Source: Takakia lepidozioides (lineage: Eukaryota; Plantae; Bryophyta). From it: DNA of 64,000 nt. The stretch lies in assembly GCA_030704615.1 (NCBI GenBank), contig CM060732.1, positions 64,294,001-64,358,000 of the forward strand, written 5' to 3'. Shown here one piece after another: positions 43,987 to 55,945 of the stretch (positions are counted from its first letter, which is position 1; each line of letters starts with the position of its first letter). Position numbers and translations under genes: made by a program. Under the pieces are notes generated by a model, which was not told where the DNA came from, ran no database searches, and saw only the letters and a program-made list of their open reading frames with translations.

Positions 43987-45007
43987 GTGGCTGCCGCGAA
44001 GGTATATGTAGTACCTCAGCAGTATGTGGGACAACGGAGAAGACAAGGGCGGCTTCAGCTGCAAAGTACGCTGACGCAGGCATGGCAAGACTGCCGCACC
44101 AGTGCATGTGTGTTGGTGCACATGGTTCCTGCTTGTTCGAGTGGCCATCATGCACCGTTGGTTCTAGATGAATTTGGAGGACAATGAGGAGATTTTTTAC
44201 GATGTGGAGAAGGTTGTTTGCGCTAATCTCTCTTCTCCTTGGCCTCGTTTCTAAGGGTTGTCTGAGGTTTTTAAGCCTTAAAGGCTTATTGCTTGTTGTG
44301 CAATGTAGAGCAGAAGTTGTGCTATGCCAGAGCATGAATGGGTCCAAAGGGAATTTTCATTGTCAAGCTCATGTTGCCCAAAATCATGCATGAGGTCTAG
44401 AGATGACCTTTGATTCAGTTGGACATTTTAGTTTCCGGGTCTACTTCCTAAGCTTGGTGCCAGTACATGTGATTGTGCAGTTTAGATATAGGTCAGTAAG
44501 ACTGAGCATTGTGATTTTTAGTTCAATGAGCATGCAAGGGAGCCTGTAAAGCACTATTTTCAGTATTATATATGAAGGTTTCCAGAGGATGGTGTTGACT
44601 GAGTGTGGTATTGGCTCGTTCGTGTAGCATTTGCTGGACTATTTCACAATCAAAGCTGAGAAGACAATGATGGCCCAACTATCTGAGCTGAACCCTCACC
44701 AGTATGCCTGGTTCTATAAGTGAGATTTTTCGCCCTTGTTGCTTACACAGTAGTAATGAGGATGGTTGGGTACCAAGATGAAGTACCGTGGCCTGGTCAA
44801 GTCAGCTTGGTGAGACAGTTGTCTTTAGCACCCGCCATCAAAAGTGTGTTACTGATATCTCATTTGTAAGCATGTGTGGACAGTCTTTTAGAGTGCAGAT
44901 TTATATCATCACCAGTCCTGTATAGGTGCATGTTGTGGTGAATGTGTAGCTATTTGGTTAACAACAAGCCACAAGTTGGCAAATTCTTTCTTCGGGTGCT
45001 AGAGAAG
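43987..45007 (+). pseudogene. RbcX: RbcX (Rubisco assembly chaperone) pseudogene; exons about 43987-44212, 44628-44719, 44950-45007
   Basis: DEFGGQ/EEIFYDVEK (frameshift and stop at 44185), HLLDYFTIKAEKTMMAQLSELNPHQYAWFYN, YLVNNKPQVGKFFLRVLEK. Splice sites are intact; the last exon was not found. Confidence 0.8.
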
Positions 45008-45482
45008 GTACAATAACTAATACCAAGAGAGCAAAAATAGGTGGAAGTAGAGTTAAGAGGCATGAGGGATGATCGGTATGGTGTGCTAAAGGCTGTGACT
45101 CTTCCTACTGAAAATGGGGAAATTTTGAGAACCGGTGGCATGAGTGCTGAAGCTGCTGTTGAAGCTGTTAGAGTGGCAACTCACAGGGTTCCCAACTCAG
45201 AGATGGATGGAGCAAGGAACAACAAACATCAATGCCTACAATTGGAGGAGGGTAGCTATGGGATGAGCATTGATGTTGTTGCTGCAGTTATAAAAGCTAC
45301 CACTCGTGGTGCCACAACGTTCTGTTCATGTGACTTAAGTTTGGACTCTCCATCTTCTGTTGATTCTGTAATCCAATAGTTGCATTCGCTAACTTTCACA
45401 AGCTTGAATGTCCGTTGTCTTATTTGCAGGTCAGAGAGCCCTACCAGGCGCTTCATAAGGTATGTAACTTAAGTGTTGCTTG

Positions 45483-45920
45483 TTATGAAATGCATATCTT
45501 CTGGTTCAAATTCTTTGGTGTAGTTTTGCATAAATCCAAAATCCGGCGAATGGTACTTGCCAAGTATTCGGCTCTTCGTTCTTGACTCAAATGATTTATA
45601 GGTCCCTGCAACCATCGATAGCGTCCAACACCTTGAACTTGGGACCAAGCAGTGATTTGAGCATTCTGATTTTCGAAGCTGCCTTCAAACATGATTTTGT
45701 TGCCCTCTGGGTCCGAAGCCTCAACCTCCAACAGAATTATCAGACTTCGAGTAGGCTCCACTTGTCGTCGTACGGGGTCCAGACGAGGAAGTACACGTTG
45801 CATTGGTGGCCCATCGTCTCGAGAGCGTCGGCAAGATGTTGGAGGTCGTGAGAGTCGGAACGGCTGATCTGGTAGCTGGGTAAGCGACAACTCCAATGTA
45901 TCTGGTTCTTGTGACTCCAT
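45483..45920 (-). repeat. Dispersed copy of the 3' accessory-ORF segment of the chromovirus at 58741-64000 (145-codon open frame)
   Basis: Homologous to 63071-63447 and 63695-63977, and in part to 58741-58838. Confidence 0.85.
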
Positions 45921-48469
45921 CAGAAGAAGTCCCCTGCCCCAAAGAAAGGGGCGGACAATCCGTTTGCTCTGCCGGCACGTGTGACGCGCCGAGGCGTCTC
46001 ACGGTTAACCAGCGCCGTCGACAGCCACAGCCGGAGGGCTCGTCTGCCCCTCGAGGCCAGTACCCCCCCTCTTGTCCACATCTTGGATGCGCCAAGGGCC
46101 GGCTCAGCCAGCTCTCCTATTCGGAAGGTTGTTGCTGAGCCGGATGCTCAGTTGAGCACACCCCCTACCACCAAGACGGGTGAAATGTACCTTGGCAAGC
46201 ACATCACCCATTCGGGGGCCCGGTATGGGCAACTTTTAGATGTCACCCCCATAGCGACCCCTTCCTGTGCAGCAAAAGGCTGCACTTGCCAAGGCCCAAC
46301 GTCAAGTTCAAGGGCCTTTGAAAGCCTCCATCGCTAGCCCAATGTTGTCGATGAGGGAGGAGGAGACGATGAGGGCCAATGAAGTGGCCGAGATAGCGAA
46401 GCGCCTCGAAGAAGTCAAGCCGGGTAAGGGCTTCTACCCTGATACGTATTTGGGGGGGGGGGGGGGGGGAGGAGGAGGTATGGGCCGGTTTGAAGCGGCC
46501 TAGCCGATCAGCGACGCTGCCCCTGAGCCTGAGCGGTCAGCAAAGAAGGGCCTGGACTACGGGGCGCCGCCGCCGGCTATTCTCCACATGGAATCTACTT
46601 CCAGTGGCGCTCCAGGAGGGGATATTGCGGGCACATCCGGCAACGGGGACTCCTGCCACATTGGGTGACGCCGGGGGAGAGTCGGACAAGCTTGCAAAGG
46701 TACAACTGTCGCACCTTGTTCCATGTTTTATCCTTTTCTTTGCATGCATGATTTTCTTTGTTGTTTGTTTCTTTTTTTGAATTTGGAGGGGTTATTTGTC
46801 TTCAGGAGGCAGCAACAAGGTTGGCCTCATTGGTGCAGTCCAAAAGGGTTGCCAATGAGGGAGAGCACGTGGTATTCATGAAGGACCCGAACACCAAAGG
46901 TAAGAAGAAGAGGCCTCGACCTCCCGAGATCCTTTTTACCATCAATGAAGGGGCTGCCGAGGAGAGAGACGGAAGGGAGAGGGAGAAGGAGAGAGAGGAA
47001 GTAGCGGGGAAGGGGAAGGAAAAGAAGAAGAAGAAGAAGAAGAAGAAGTCCCATGGAGAGGAAGGGGTGAGTGTGCATGCGGGGGAGGGTAGTGGGGTAA
47101 CAAAGGAGCAGGGGAAGGAGGCTACAAAGAAGGGAGAGGGTGGGAAGAAGAACATGCCCTTGGCGATACAGGACGTGGAGTTGGAAAAGATCGTGGTGCC
47201 ACCGGTGGAGGTGAATCGCCATGGTGACCCTTGCGGTGCGTTCTGGGAGGCTATAAAGAACCTTCCCTCGACCTCGCAATGAGGTGGTTCCCTTTGCACA
47301 TCGAGTGGGCTTTTGTCACATAAGGTCCACACAGGTCACATATGTTTATGGTTAGGATGGCAGATTTGTGTGCATTGCATTTTTGGCCTCTTTTTAGGCC
47401 CTTGCCTACCCAGACTGGTAGCTGTTGGTTTGGGTTCAAGTCTCAAGGGGTGGATCTGATACTGGTTTGGTATGACATACAGCCAAAAGTATATGCAGAC
47501 AACTTCAAGTGGAAGGGCCCTGTGCCAGAGATGGATTAACAAATCACGAGTCTTTACTCGAGAATAAAGCGCTTGCCATTGCGGGCTTTATTGCACTCCT
47601 TCAACTGGGCTCATTGGACATCATGGTACGCTCTAGTACACTTCATTTGAATGTATGCAAGGAAGATATAATTGTATTGGGTGGGAGCAGTTCCACAGGT
47701 CTGCAAGATATGAATTATCACTGATTACTTTCCAAGTGAGCTCCAACTAGCCGTGGGGTTGTTATCTAAGGTACATATCCCAGTCTGCTCTTCTATGTGT
47801 ATCACATTCCAAAGGGGTTTGGTTGGCAGGACACTCTTATTGACGTTTTGCAAACAAGTTTTGAGGCCCATTTAATTCCACCGGCTTCTTTCACCAGCAT
47901 TCAGTCTGGTATAGCTCTCCAACTGAACTCTATGCAGTCTGCTCAGTTCTCTTCCACTGAGTCAGTACTTGGTTTTACTGAACTTTGGCTTAATTATATG
48001 AATTGCCATAGCAACCTGAAGCTGGAAATCTGCCTTACAACATAGCAAGAGTCAACCTTAGTTTTGCCAAAGCAGGTCTATGGGAACTTGCCCACATGAA
48101 TGACTATTCTGGATACTTCAACAAATGAGAACTATGATTATTTCTCTCTTTTAATGCGCACTCCTATTGGAATCTGCACTTGTTGTTGATTTGCTTATAC
48201 ATGTGCAGGTCATGCGCTCTTGATCTCTTGTAAGGAAGGAGGCAGAAGGTCTTGGGGCAGAAAGAGGCATATTATGGACAATCAGCGAGAAGGAAGGTGC
48301 TCGGTCTGTCACTTTTTTGGATCCATACATGTGCAGTGGGTAGCCCCGTTGAGTGCTTTGTTGTTTGACCAAGTGAACTTTAGCTCTCCTTGAGCGGGCA
48401 CTGATGTGTCTAGGAGACCTATGGCCATACAAAGAGAGTCCCAAGAGTTCATTCCCCTAATGACAAGGT

Positions 48470-48960
48470 GTGGGCCGAGGGGCCCAATCTATCACCTTCT
48501 TCCTCGACCATGTTGAAATCTCCACCAAAAAGCCAGTGCTAGATGTCCACCTGTTCTAACACCTTATTTCTGATGGTGTCCCACAGAGCCACCCTCCCTT
48601 CTTCGTCGTTAGGGGCGTAAATGTTGAGCAGCCCCATTGTACCCAAGGAGTGGCCAAGGTTGAAGGTGATAAACTGCACCCTGCCCTAGATCCAGGTGTC
48701 ACTTCTAAGGATGTATTGGCTTAAGGCAGGTGAAACTAGGACAGCTGTCCCCTCCCCCTTGAATCTGCAACTGTGGGATTCCAAAAAGCATTGGGTGCGG
48801 GCCAGATGGTACTCCCCAAAGAGATGATTTTGGCCTGATCCAATTTGTGCTCTTGGAGCAGAATGAGAGCGTTTTTATTCAATAGTTTGTGGCCTAGAGC
48901 CTGATTCTGGCTCTTTTTGGAGCAGTATGGTCGGATCCCATTCCACAGACGTTCCAGCTG
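48470..48960 (-). mobile_element. LINE ORF2 apurinic-type endonuclease remnant
   Basis: LILLQEHKL, GLLNIYAPND and WLFGGDFNMVE on the minus strand, with stops and frameshifts. Confidence 0.75.
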
Positions 48961-49751
48961 CATAAGGAGAGATTCATGTAGGGAGAAGTTGCAGGCCCAT
49001 GGCGGCTCCATGATTTGATGGCCAAGTGGGGTGTGTAGTAGAACTTAGTTCACTTGTCTGAAGGAGGCAGAGTTGACATCCATCTGAAGCCAGCTGGTGC
49101 AGGGTGCAACAGCGGGAGCTCCCAGAAGCAATTTTTTTTTTTTTTTTTCTCTTTTTGCTGCTGTTACCTAGCAAAACAAACTGATTTGTGCTGTCTATGT
49201 GCACAGAGAGCCCATCAGCAGAGAGCATCCAAGACAAGTATGAGGAGAAGGGAGGAGGGGGGGTTACAGCTATTCGGCCACCAACCAGGGAGTAGCCTTT
49301 GCTTCCCCGGGTGGCTGTCTATAACGAGAGTCCATACCCTTTTTTGATTTGAGACGTGAGGCACATAAAAGAGGAGAGGAGAGACATCTGTGAATGTAGG
49401 GGTGGGAGAGAGGGAGGGGGGGTGGCAGTAAGCATGTGTATGCATGCTTACCGGAGGGGGGGACTCAACAGTTTCCTCTGGCAGCAGGAACTTTGTTGTT
49501 GAGTCTGGTTCAGCAGCAACGCTTGAGGAGGCGATGAAATGAGTGTCTCCCACCAACACCAGCTCCCTGTTGTTATTCGTCTCTAGCTGGGGTGTTTTGG
49601 CCTTGAGCTGTTGCATGCTGTCGTGTTCGTCCACCAGCTTTAGTCCTTCTTGGAAATCATTGCACTGCGGGCCCACTCATTGGGATCTTTGACCCTGTAA
49701 GCCTGGGAGACCCAAATCCAAGAATTGTGTGCTCCCGTGGTATCCAAGTCT

Positions 49752-50510
49752 CTAGCGTAAGACTAGAAAAACATGGATAAAAGCCAAATTGGTATGAGAG
49801 GCTGCATTATCAAAAGCTCGAGGAAGACACCGAACACGATGCACTGGAATGTGACTATAGTCCAAGGTAGAAAGCTCTCCTTTTGATCCATTCCTCCGAG
49901 CAGTGGCCAAGATACTCAAAATGGACAACACACCAGAAGGAAATGCAGATGTAGCCTCCCCTGCTAGTCGTGGAGATGAAGATAGACCCCTCGCAGATTT
50001 GCAACAATCAGACGTGGTGTTGTCCAATGGAGTTTTCTGAGGCTTCATGTCGTGAAGCAAGACCGTATGAGCAGATGAGGAAGCTTGAGATCCACAAAAT
50101 ACACTCTTAGAAACCTCAACACAATCCGAATTATGAGACCCCAAGCTCGCCGAATCTGCAACCACCTCCTTCAATTTACAACTCCCATTTGTTGCAGCTT
50201 GATCGTTCTTTCTTGCAATAAAAGTGTGCGTCTCATCATATGACTGTGTATAGCTCGTACCTGTGACACGGTACTTGGAGAAAGTGTCTGGAAACAACTC
50301 CCATTGCTTTTGGCCGTCATTGAAAACTGGTAGCAACATTGTGGAGGCATCATCATCTCCATCATCCTCCAAAAAAACTGAACCCGGAACAAGTTTGAAT
50401 CTATTGCATAACCAAGGTTCTGGGATAATGCACTTGTTTCCATTGCAAGGATAACGAACCACTTTTGCATCAAGTGGACATGAAAGCAATGCATATTTTG
50501 GTGTAGACAT
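49752..50510 (-). mobile_element. Truncated ORF, probably the N-terminus of a DNA-transposon protein
   Basis: 252 open codons ending SILSILATARRNGSKGELSTLDYSHIPVHRVRCLPRAFD, which I recall from repetitive bryophyte transposon-like proteins (unverified). It abuts LINE-derived sequence. Confidence 0.4.
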
Positions 50511-51539
50511 TTGGCAATGCCCTCAAAGTTTGAGAGGAGATGCAAAATGAATGAAAGCGCACATCTTGCAAGACCTTATGCAAATACATTAAATGGCTTA
50601 GATTACTTATGTGTATCATCAATCCAGAAGGTCCAAATTTTTTGAGGCATGTGCTCCATCCATATTATTCTCTGACAGAAACAACTAAATGGACTATCCC
50701 CTATTTTTAAGACAACGGCGCCGTTGTTGAGATCTTAGAATCCAATGTACCGCCTTCTTCTTATGAGCATATGAAACATAAATGCTCTGCATGTTTCCAT
50801 TTATTTTACAACCAATCGTTGATTAATCGTCCAACTATGAACTGACACACTTAGACGGCACAATTTATTTACAATCAAATCCCATGACATGTATGTTGAT
50901 TTGTTCTTTGATTACTTATGTATGAGTAATGAGTACAAGTATTTGTGGCGACAATTGACTCTAAAACCAATAAATTGATTAAGACACCCATAACAAAATA
51001 TTCAGTTACTTTATCACTTACTTTATATTGTATTATGAAGGCGCCGCCACAAAGTAACATGTCAATCGTACAACCATCTTCTGAGGATCCACGTGTAACC
51101 CATGTAGTCCAAAAAGCACTAACGCCAGAGTGTATAAAAAAGCCGATTTAGCCTTAGCCTTCGCCCCCCTTTCCCCCCACTCTCCTTGGCGGGCACAGGT
51201 TTGAACCCGCAACCTAGAGGAATACACCACAACCTTACCACCAAGCCATGCTCTATTCAATGAAACAACCTCTACTTTTTTGTTAATAAACTGTTTCTAT
51301 TCAATTAAACTTGTTGCCATTACTACATGACTAACCCGGTATCATTACTACACTAACGTAGTCTAGTATACTTGCACATTATCCCTTGCCACTCCCCCAA
51401 ACAAACACACACAAACTACACAAGCACTTAACACGTCTCTAGTCTCTACACCCTGGAGACTCCCGTTGCGAAGAGGAGACGGAGGCGCCGCATCTCGGCC
51501 TTATACTATACCACCCCGAGGCAACGAGCTGTTGTGGCG

Positions 51540-54500
51540 ATGGGGAGAAAGAAGGACACTCGAGGGGGAGGCGTTGCTAGTGGTGGTGGTGGTAGAGGCA
51601 AGCTGCGGACGGAGAAGGTAAGCTGTAGTTTTGTTTTTTTTCATGACCTGCACTTAGGCATATGCGCCATCGCATAAGCCCCACCAAGCTGCTCCTAATC
51701 TAGCACCTCCGCCGGCGCAGATGCCTAAGTCACTTCAACTCTCACAAGTTTGCGAATCTCCACACATACACACAACCGTCTCCGCCGGCGGAGACAGCTC
51801 GTTCCCCTTGGTTTTTTCTGATGCTTGGAAGGGCTGGGCTGCCACCTCCGCCGGTGCATACCGTTGGAGCTGGGATGCTCACATGTTTCAGGAAGTGCTC
51901 CTCTACTCCCATCCCGTTTATTTTTTTGCATGCTCATACGTTGCTGATGCTCCGAGCGGGTTGGGCTGGCGTATCCGCCGGCGCATACCTATGCAGCAGG
52001 GCTGCTCAAATGTTTCAGGAAGTTCTCCCCTTTTCCATTTCCTTTGTTTTTCCGCATGCTCAAAAGTTGTTGATGCTCCGAGCGGGCTGCGCTGGCATAT
52101 CCGCCGGCGCATACCCATTGAGTACATTCTTTTTTGCTCAGCTCATAGCTTTCAGGAACCTCCTGCAAGCGTCTCCGCCGGCGGAGACACTTGGAGCTTG
52201 TTTTTTTTTTGCATATTCCCTGTGTTACGGAAGCTCCAAAGCGCCAAGGCTGCCACCTCTGTCAACGCAGACCCGTGCAGCAGGGCTGCTCACATATTTC
52301 AGGAAGTTCTCCCCCCCTTCCATCTCTTTTGTTTCTCCGCATTCACATAAGTTGTTGATGCTCCGAGCGGGCTGGGCTGCCATATCCGCTGGCGCATACC
52401 CATTGAGCACAATCTTTTTTTGCTCAGCGCCTAGGTTTCAGGAACCTCATGCAAGCATCTCCGCCGGCGGAGATGCTTGGAGCTTGGTTTTTTGTTGTAT
52501 ATTCCTTATGTTACATAAGCTCCAAAATGTCGAGGCTGCCACCTCCATCGGCGCAGACGCTTGGGGAACCTTCCCTATTTTGGTTGATCACAATATTCAA
52601 GTATCTCAAAGCTTCTACGTTGCCACCTCCACAACTCCACGTGCTTCCATAGGCCTAGTTTGATCTTTCAAGGTGCTTCTGTATGTTTGGCTACAACCTC
52701 CCTTCCATGGTATGCGCCGGCGCATATGCTTGGAGCTCCTTGAGCAAAAATTTCTTCAAGGGCCTCAAAGCTTGTCAAATTTTGAGTTGGTTGCACATAT
52801 GTGTCATATGCGCCGGCGTAGGTGGTCGGAGGTCCTCTGTCGGGATGCTCAGGCCTGTATTCTGCTCCAAGTTGTAAGCTTTGAAAGACAAGGATATTCA
52901 TGGAATTAGTTGACTATCCAAATTCATTTGTTTTCTTCATGCAACCATGACACTGAACTGCTCTTTTTACATATTATACATTCACACATGTGCTCTTCTT
53001 ATACACTGACATCTTGAACTGTTTTGGTCTATGGAATTAAGAAATTACTACTACAACTGAAGTTGTGGAGGCCGGGACGCTTGCAACCATTATTGACGAC
53101 ATTGATGCAGGGAATTGGGGGGCAGATGAGTATGAAGAGGATACAACATCTAGTGATCCTCTTTCTCTAGATGCCCAAACAGGCAATTATTCTGGAAAAG
53201 AAACAAGATCTGAATGTAACTTTCAGGTCCCTCCTCATTGAGGATGGAGTTATGGACATTCCATTGTGTCGCATGATTTCTATGCAGGTTGGTGGGCCCG
53301 CCTTTGCCAACGACATCCTAAAGCTTAGAGGAGACTTCTATTCTGGATACCATCCAGGAGCAGCCGTGTTCTATGTTTCTGTTGAGGGGATTGATGGATC
53401 TACTACAGATGTAGGTCATGATATCATCTCTACATCAGATAGTCATTGAAAAACAGTCAATGATGAGTTTGAGAAGTATCTTGAGTCCAAGCCAAAGTTG
53501 CATCATCTTCGGGGGAAGATGTTTCATGTCTGGGATGGGAATCATAGGCTTCAAGCATGGTATCCCTATATCAATGAAGTTCATGGGGCCAACTTGTCAA
53601 GACATGTCTGTGTGACAAGTTGGGTGCTCAATGCGGACATTGAAAATTGTGGTTCCCTCAGGTCCATCATGGATGGAGTGAATGTGTGAGTTTCCTTTCT
53701 ATTCTTCATTTACTTTCATGTTCAATGTTGTCATGTTCTTGCTCAATGGATGTACATATACACATCTTCTTTCTAATGATCATATTTTATATGTGCAGGG
53801 CAACAGAGAGGACACATGTTACATCCAAATTTGTGCACTTGGTTTGCAAGGTCAATATGATTGGCCTTACACCTGTCTCTGAATGGAAGAATGTATTGAG
53901 GAAAGAGCAATACGACGAATGCATCAAGAAAGCAGGAAAGACTTGGTATAACCTGACAGTCCATGCAATGACAGAGATTTTGTACAAGGTAACATCATGT
54001 CTTAACCAAGTTTCATTCTTTGCATCCATAGACACGATTCACCTCTGGTTCATGTTACACAGGCCGCTGACGCTGTAGCCCAAGTGGTCCCTGCCGTTGT
54101 GGGTGTACCAAATCGCAAATCACGAAAAAGAAAAGGTGCGGATGTCAATGCAGGTGTGGCCCCCAATGCAGGTGTGGCTTCTATTGCTGGTCCTATTGGT
54201 AGTTCTTCACATCCTTCAAATCAGTTGGTTGTAGTGCCTGCACCTACTACTCGAGGAAACAAGCCAAAGGCAGGTGAACATCCTTACAGTGCAGTGTCAT
54301 TTTCTGGTGGTGCACCTAGCATGTATCGTATGAAGATCATGCCTACTCACTTCATTGATATGGTGGAGGCCTCAAGTACATCTCCTGATGCGACCTTGAA
54401 AGAGCTCATGGAGTTCTTAAAAAATGTGAGTTTCCCCCAACAAACAAACTTGAATGTAAGGAATTCTTCGATGTTTTTATATCCTCATCATCCGGCTATT

Positions 54501-55945
54501 GACTCCTACATTTTCTGCATGTTGTTTGCAGTTGCCAGGAACTTGGTCTAGTGTTGTGGATGGAAAAAGCGTGCCTATGGCTGTGGACATGATCATCGTG
54601 GACTGCCCGACAGGAATGCTGTACAGGGCTGTTTGGATGGTGTACAGGTTCCTCCCTGGAATGCTTTTGATAAACGGTATTGGGAATATGCATTCTCCAT
54701 TGCTAATGACCTGTTGGATGACAATGGATGCTTGGTGTTATTGCAGGGCTCCGATGATTCCCTTGCATTGGAGCTATTTTCTTACTCCAGGGCAGCTCTA
54801 TTTCCGTATTATCAAGGAAATATACTTGCATCAATACCACCCTCTACACACTCAGACAGGAAAGGTAAAAATCATCCCTCTTCAATATCTCATTGTTTGA
54901 TGTTTCATCTTCCTACTCTCATACATATTATTAAACCATCCGGGTGCACTATTTTTGTGGAAATGGCACGTCTAACAGACCATGTTCTTCTATGCCCATG
55001 TCCTCACCAAGCAAGGAGGACTATTCAAACTGCGTGAGTCTGGCAAAGTTGTGGACCCCCTTGCAGACCCTGTTGAGTTGGATGCCATCTACAACCACAT
55101 TCCAGATGTTGCACTACCCATGCAAACTCCTCAACAAGCCTGGAGGGGTGCGCGAGACCGTAGTCCCGCCTTCATGCAAGTGTTGTTGGAGACATGCTCA
55201 CCTCCTGGCTCCCGCATTTTGGATCTCACAGCTGCACATGTTTGCATTGGTCTCCATTTTGTAATTAAAATCTTCTGAGCTAATTCATGATCATTGACTG
55301 TTATCTGATATAATATCACCATTGCATGTTTTTTTCCTGCAGGTTCTACATTTATTGTTGCCCGCGAGTCTGGACGTCACGTATTTGGTCTTGAGGGGGA
55401 CCAGATGTTGTATGCAGCATGTCTCTCTGCACTTCAAAATACTCAACCTGTTTTGGTTTCATCTGTGGTAACTCCAACCATTCAACGTCCTGTGAGTTGG
55501 TTGGAACCCCCCGCTCCTAAGGTGGCGCACAAGCTTGGTCTTCATCTCGGCAGTACTTCCTAGTGAGTATGTCTCGCCTCCATTCTCTTTGTTGCAATCT
55601 CTATATTATTTGCAAAGCAAACCATTCCCATTTGATTTGTTAACATAAGTATACATGTATGTGTGATGCAGTGATGGGATTGTGCAGACCATCTACGATA
55701 GTCTACCCCAAAGTCCTCTTTCATCGTTTTATCTACCTTCGTATGCCGAGTCCCAAGCTTTGCATTCAATACATCAACAACGTGATGTAGGTCTTTCCAA
55801 TGATATGTTGTTTGACCGAAGGGTAGCTATTGTTGGACAATCCGTGGATAGGTTGCGTAGAGTTGAGGCTTTCATGGATGTGTATGCCTTTGAATCACAG
55901 GCTTATGACACGGATGATGAAGTATCAGCTGATGATGTTATGTAG
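51540..55945 (+). pseudogene. Intron-containing ParB/Srx-like domain plus beta-class DNA N6-adenine/N4-cytosine methyltransferase gene, disrupted
   Basis: VWDGNHRLQAW (53528-53560), VDMIIVDCPTG (catalytic-motif position, DCPTG at 54601-54615), RSPAFMQVLLETCSPPGSRILDLTAA/GSTFIVARESGRHVFGLEGD (SAM-binding motifs). Several short introns. Stop at 53447 and frameshifts near 53175, 54630 and 54780. Putative first exon 51540-51617. Confidence 0.75.
51705..52826. repeat. Complex tandem array (~125 bp and ~285 bp units) carrying CGCCGGCG palindromes
   Basis: Perfect CGCCGGCG at 51710, 51783, 51976, 52102, 52176, 52462, 52715 and 52811, with variants at 51849 and 52387. Confidence 0.9.

Noticed and set aside
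45950-47332. Gly-run and Lys-rich ORFs on both strands
   Set aside because: Driven by poly-G and (AAG)n low complexity. Possibly TE-derived, but no family can be supported.
51721-52663. Long ORFs of 209 and 280 aa
   Set aside because: They are translations of the tandem palindrome array, with no domain signal.
51705-52826. CRISPR-like appearance of spaced palindromes
   Set aside because: The spacers are themselves repeated, spacing is irregular, no cas genes are present and the context is eukaryotic.
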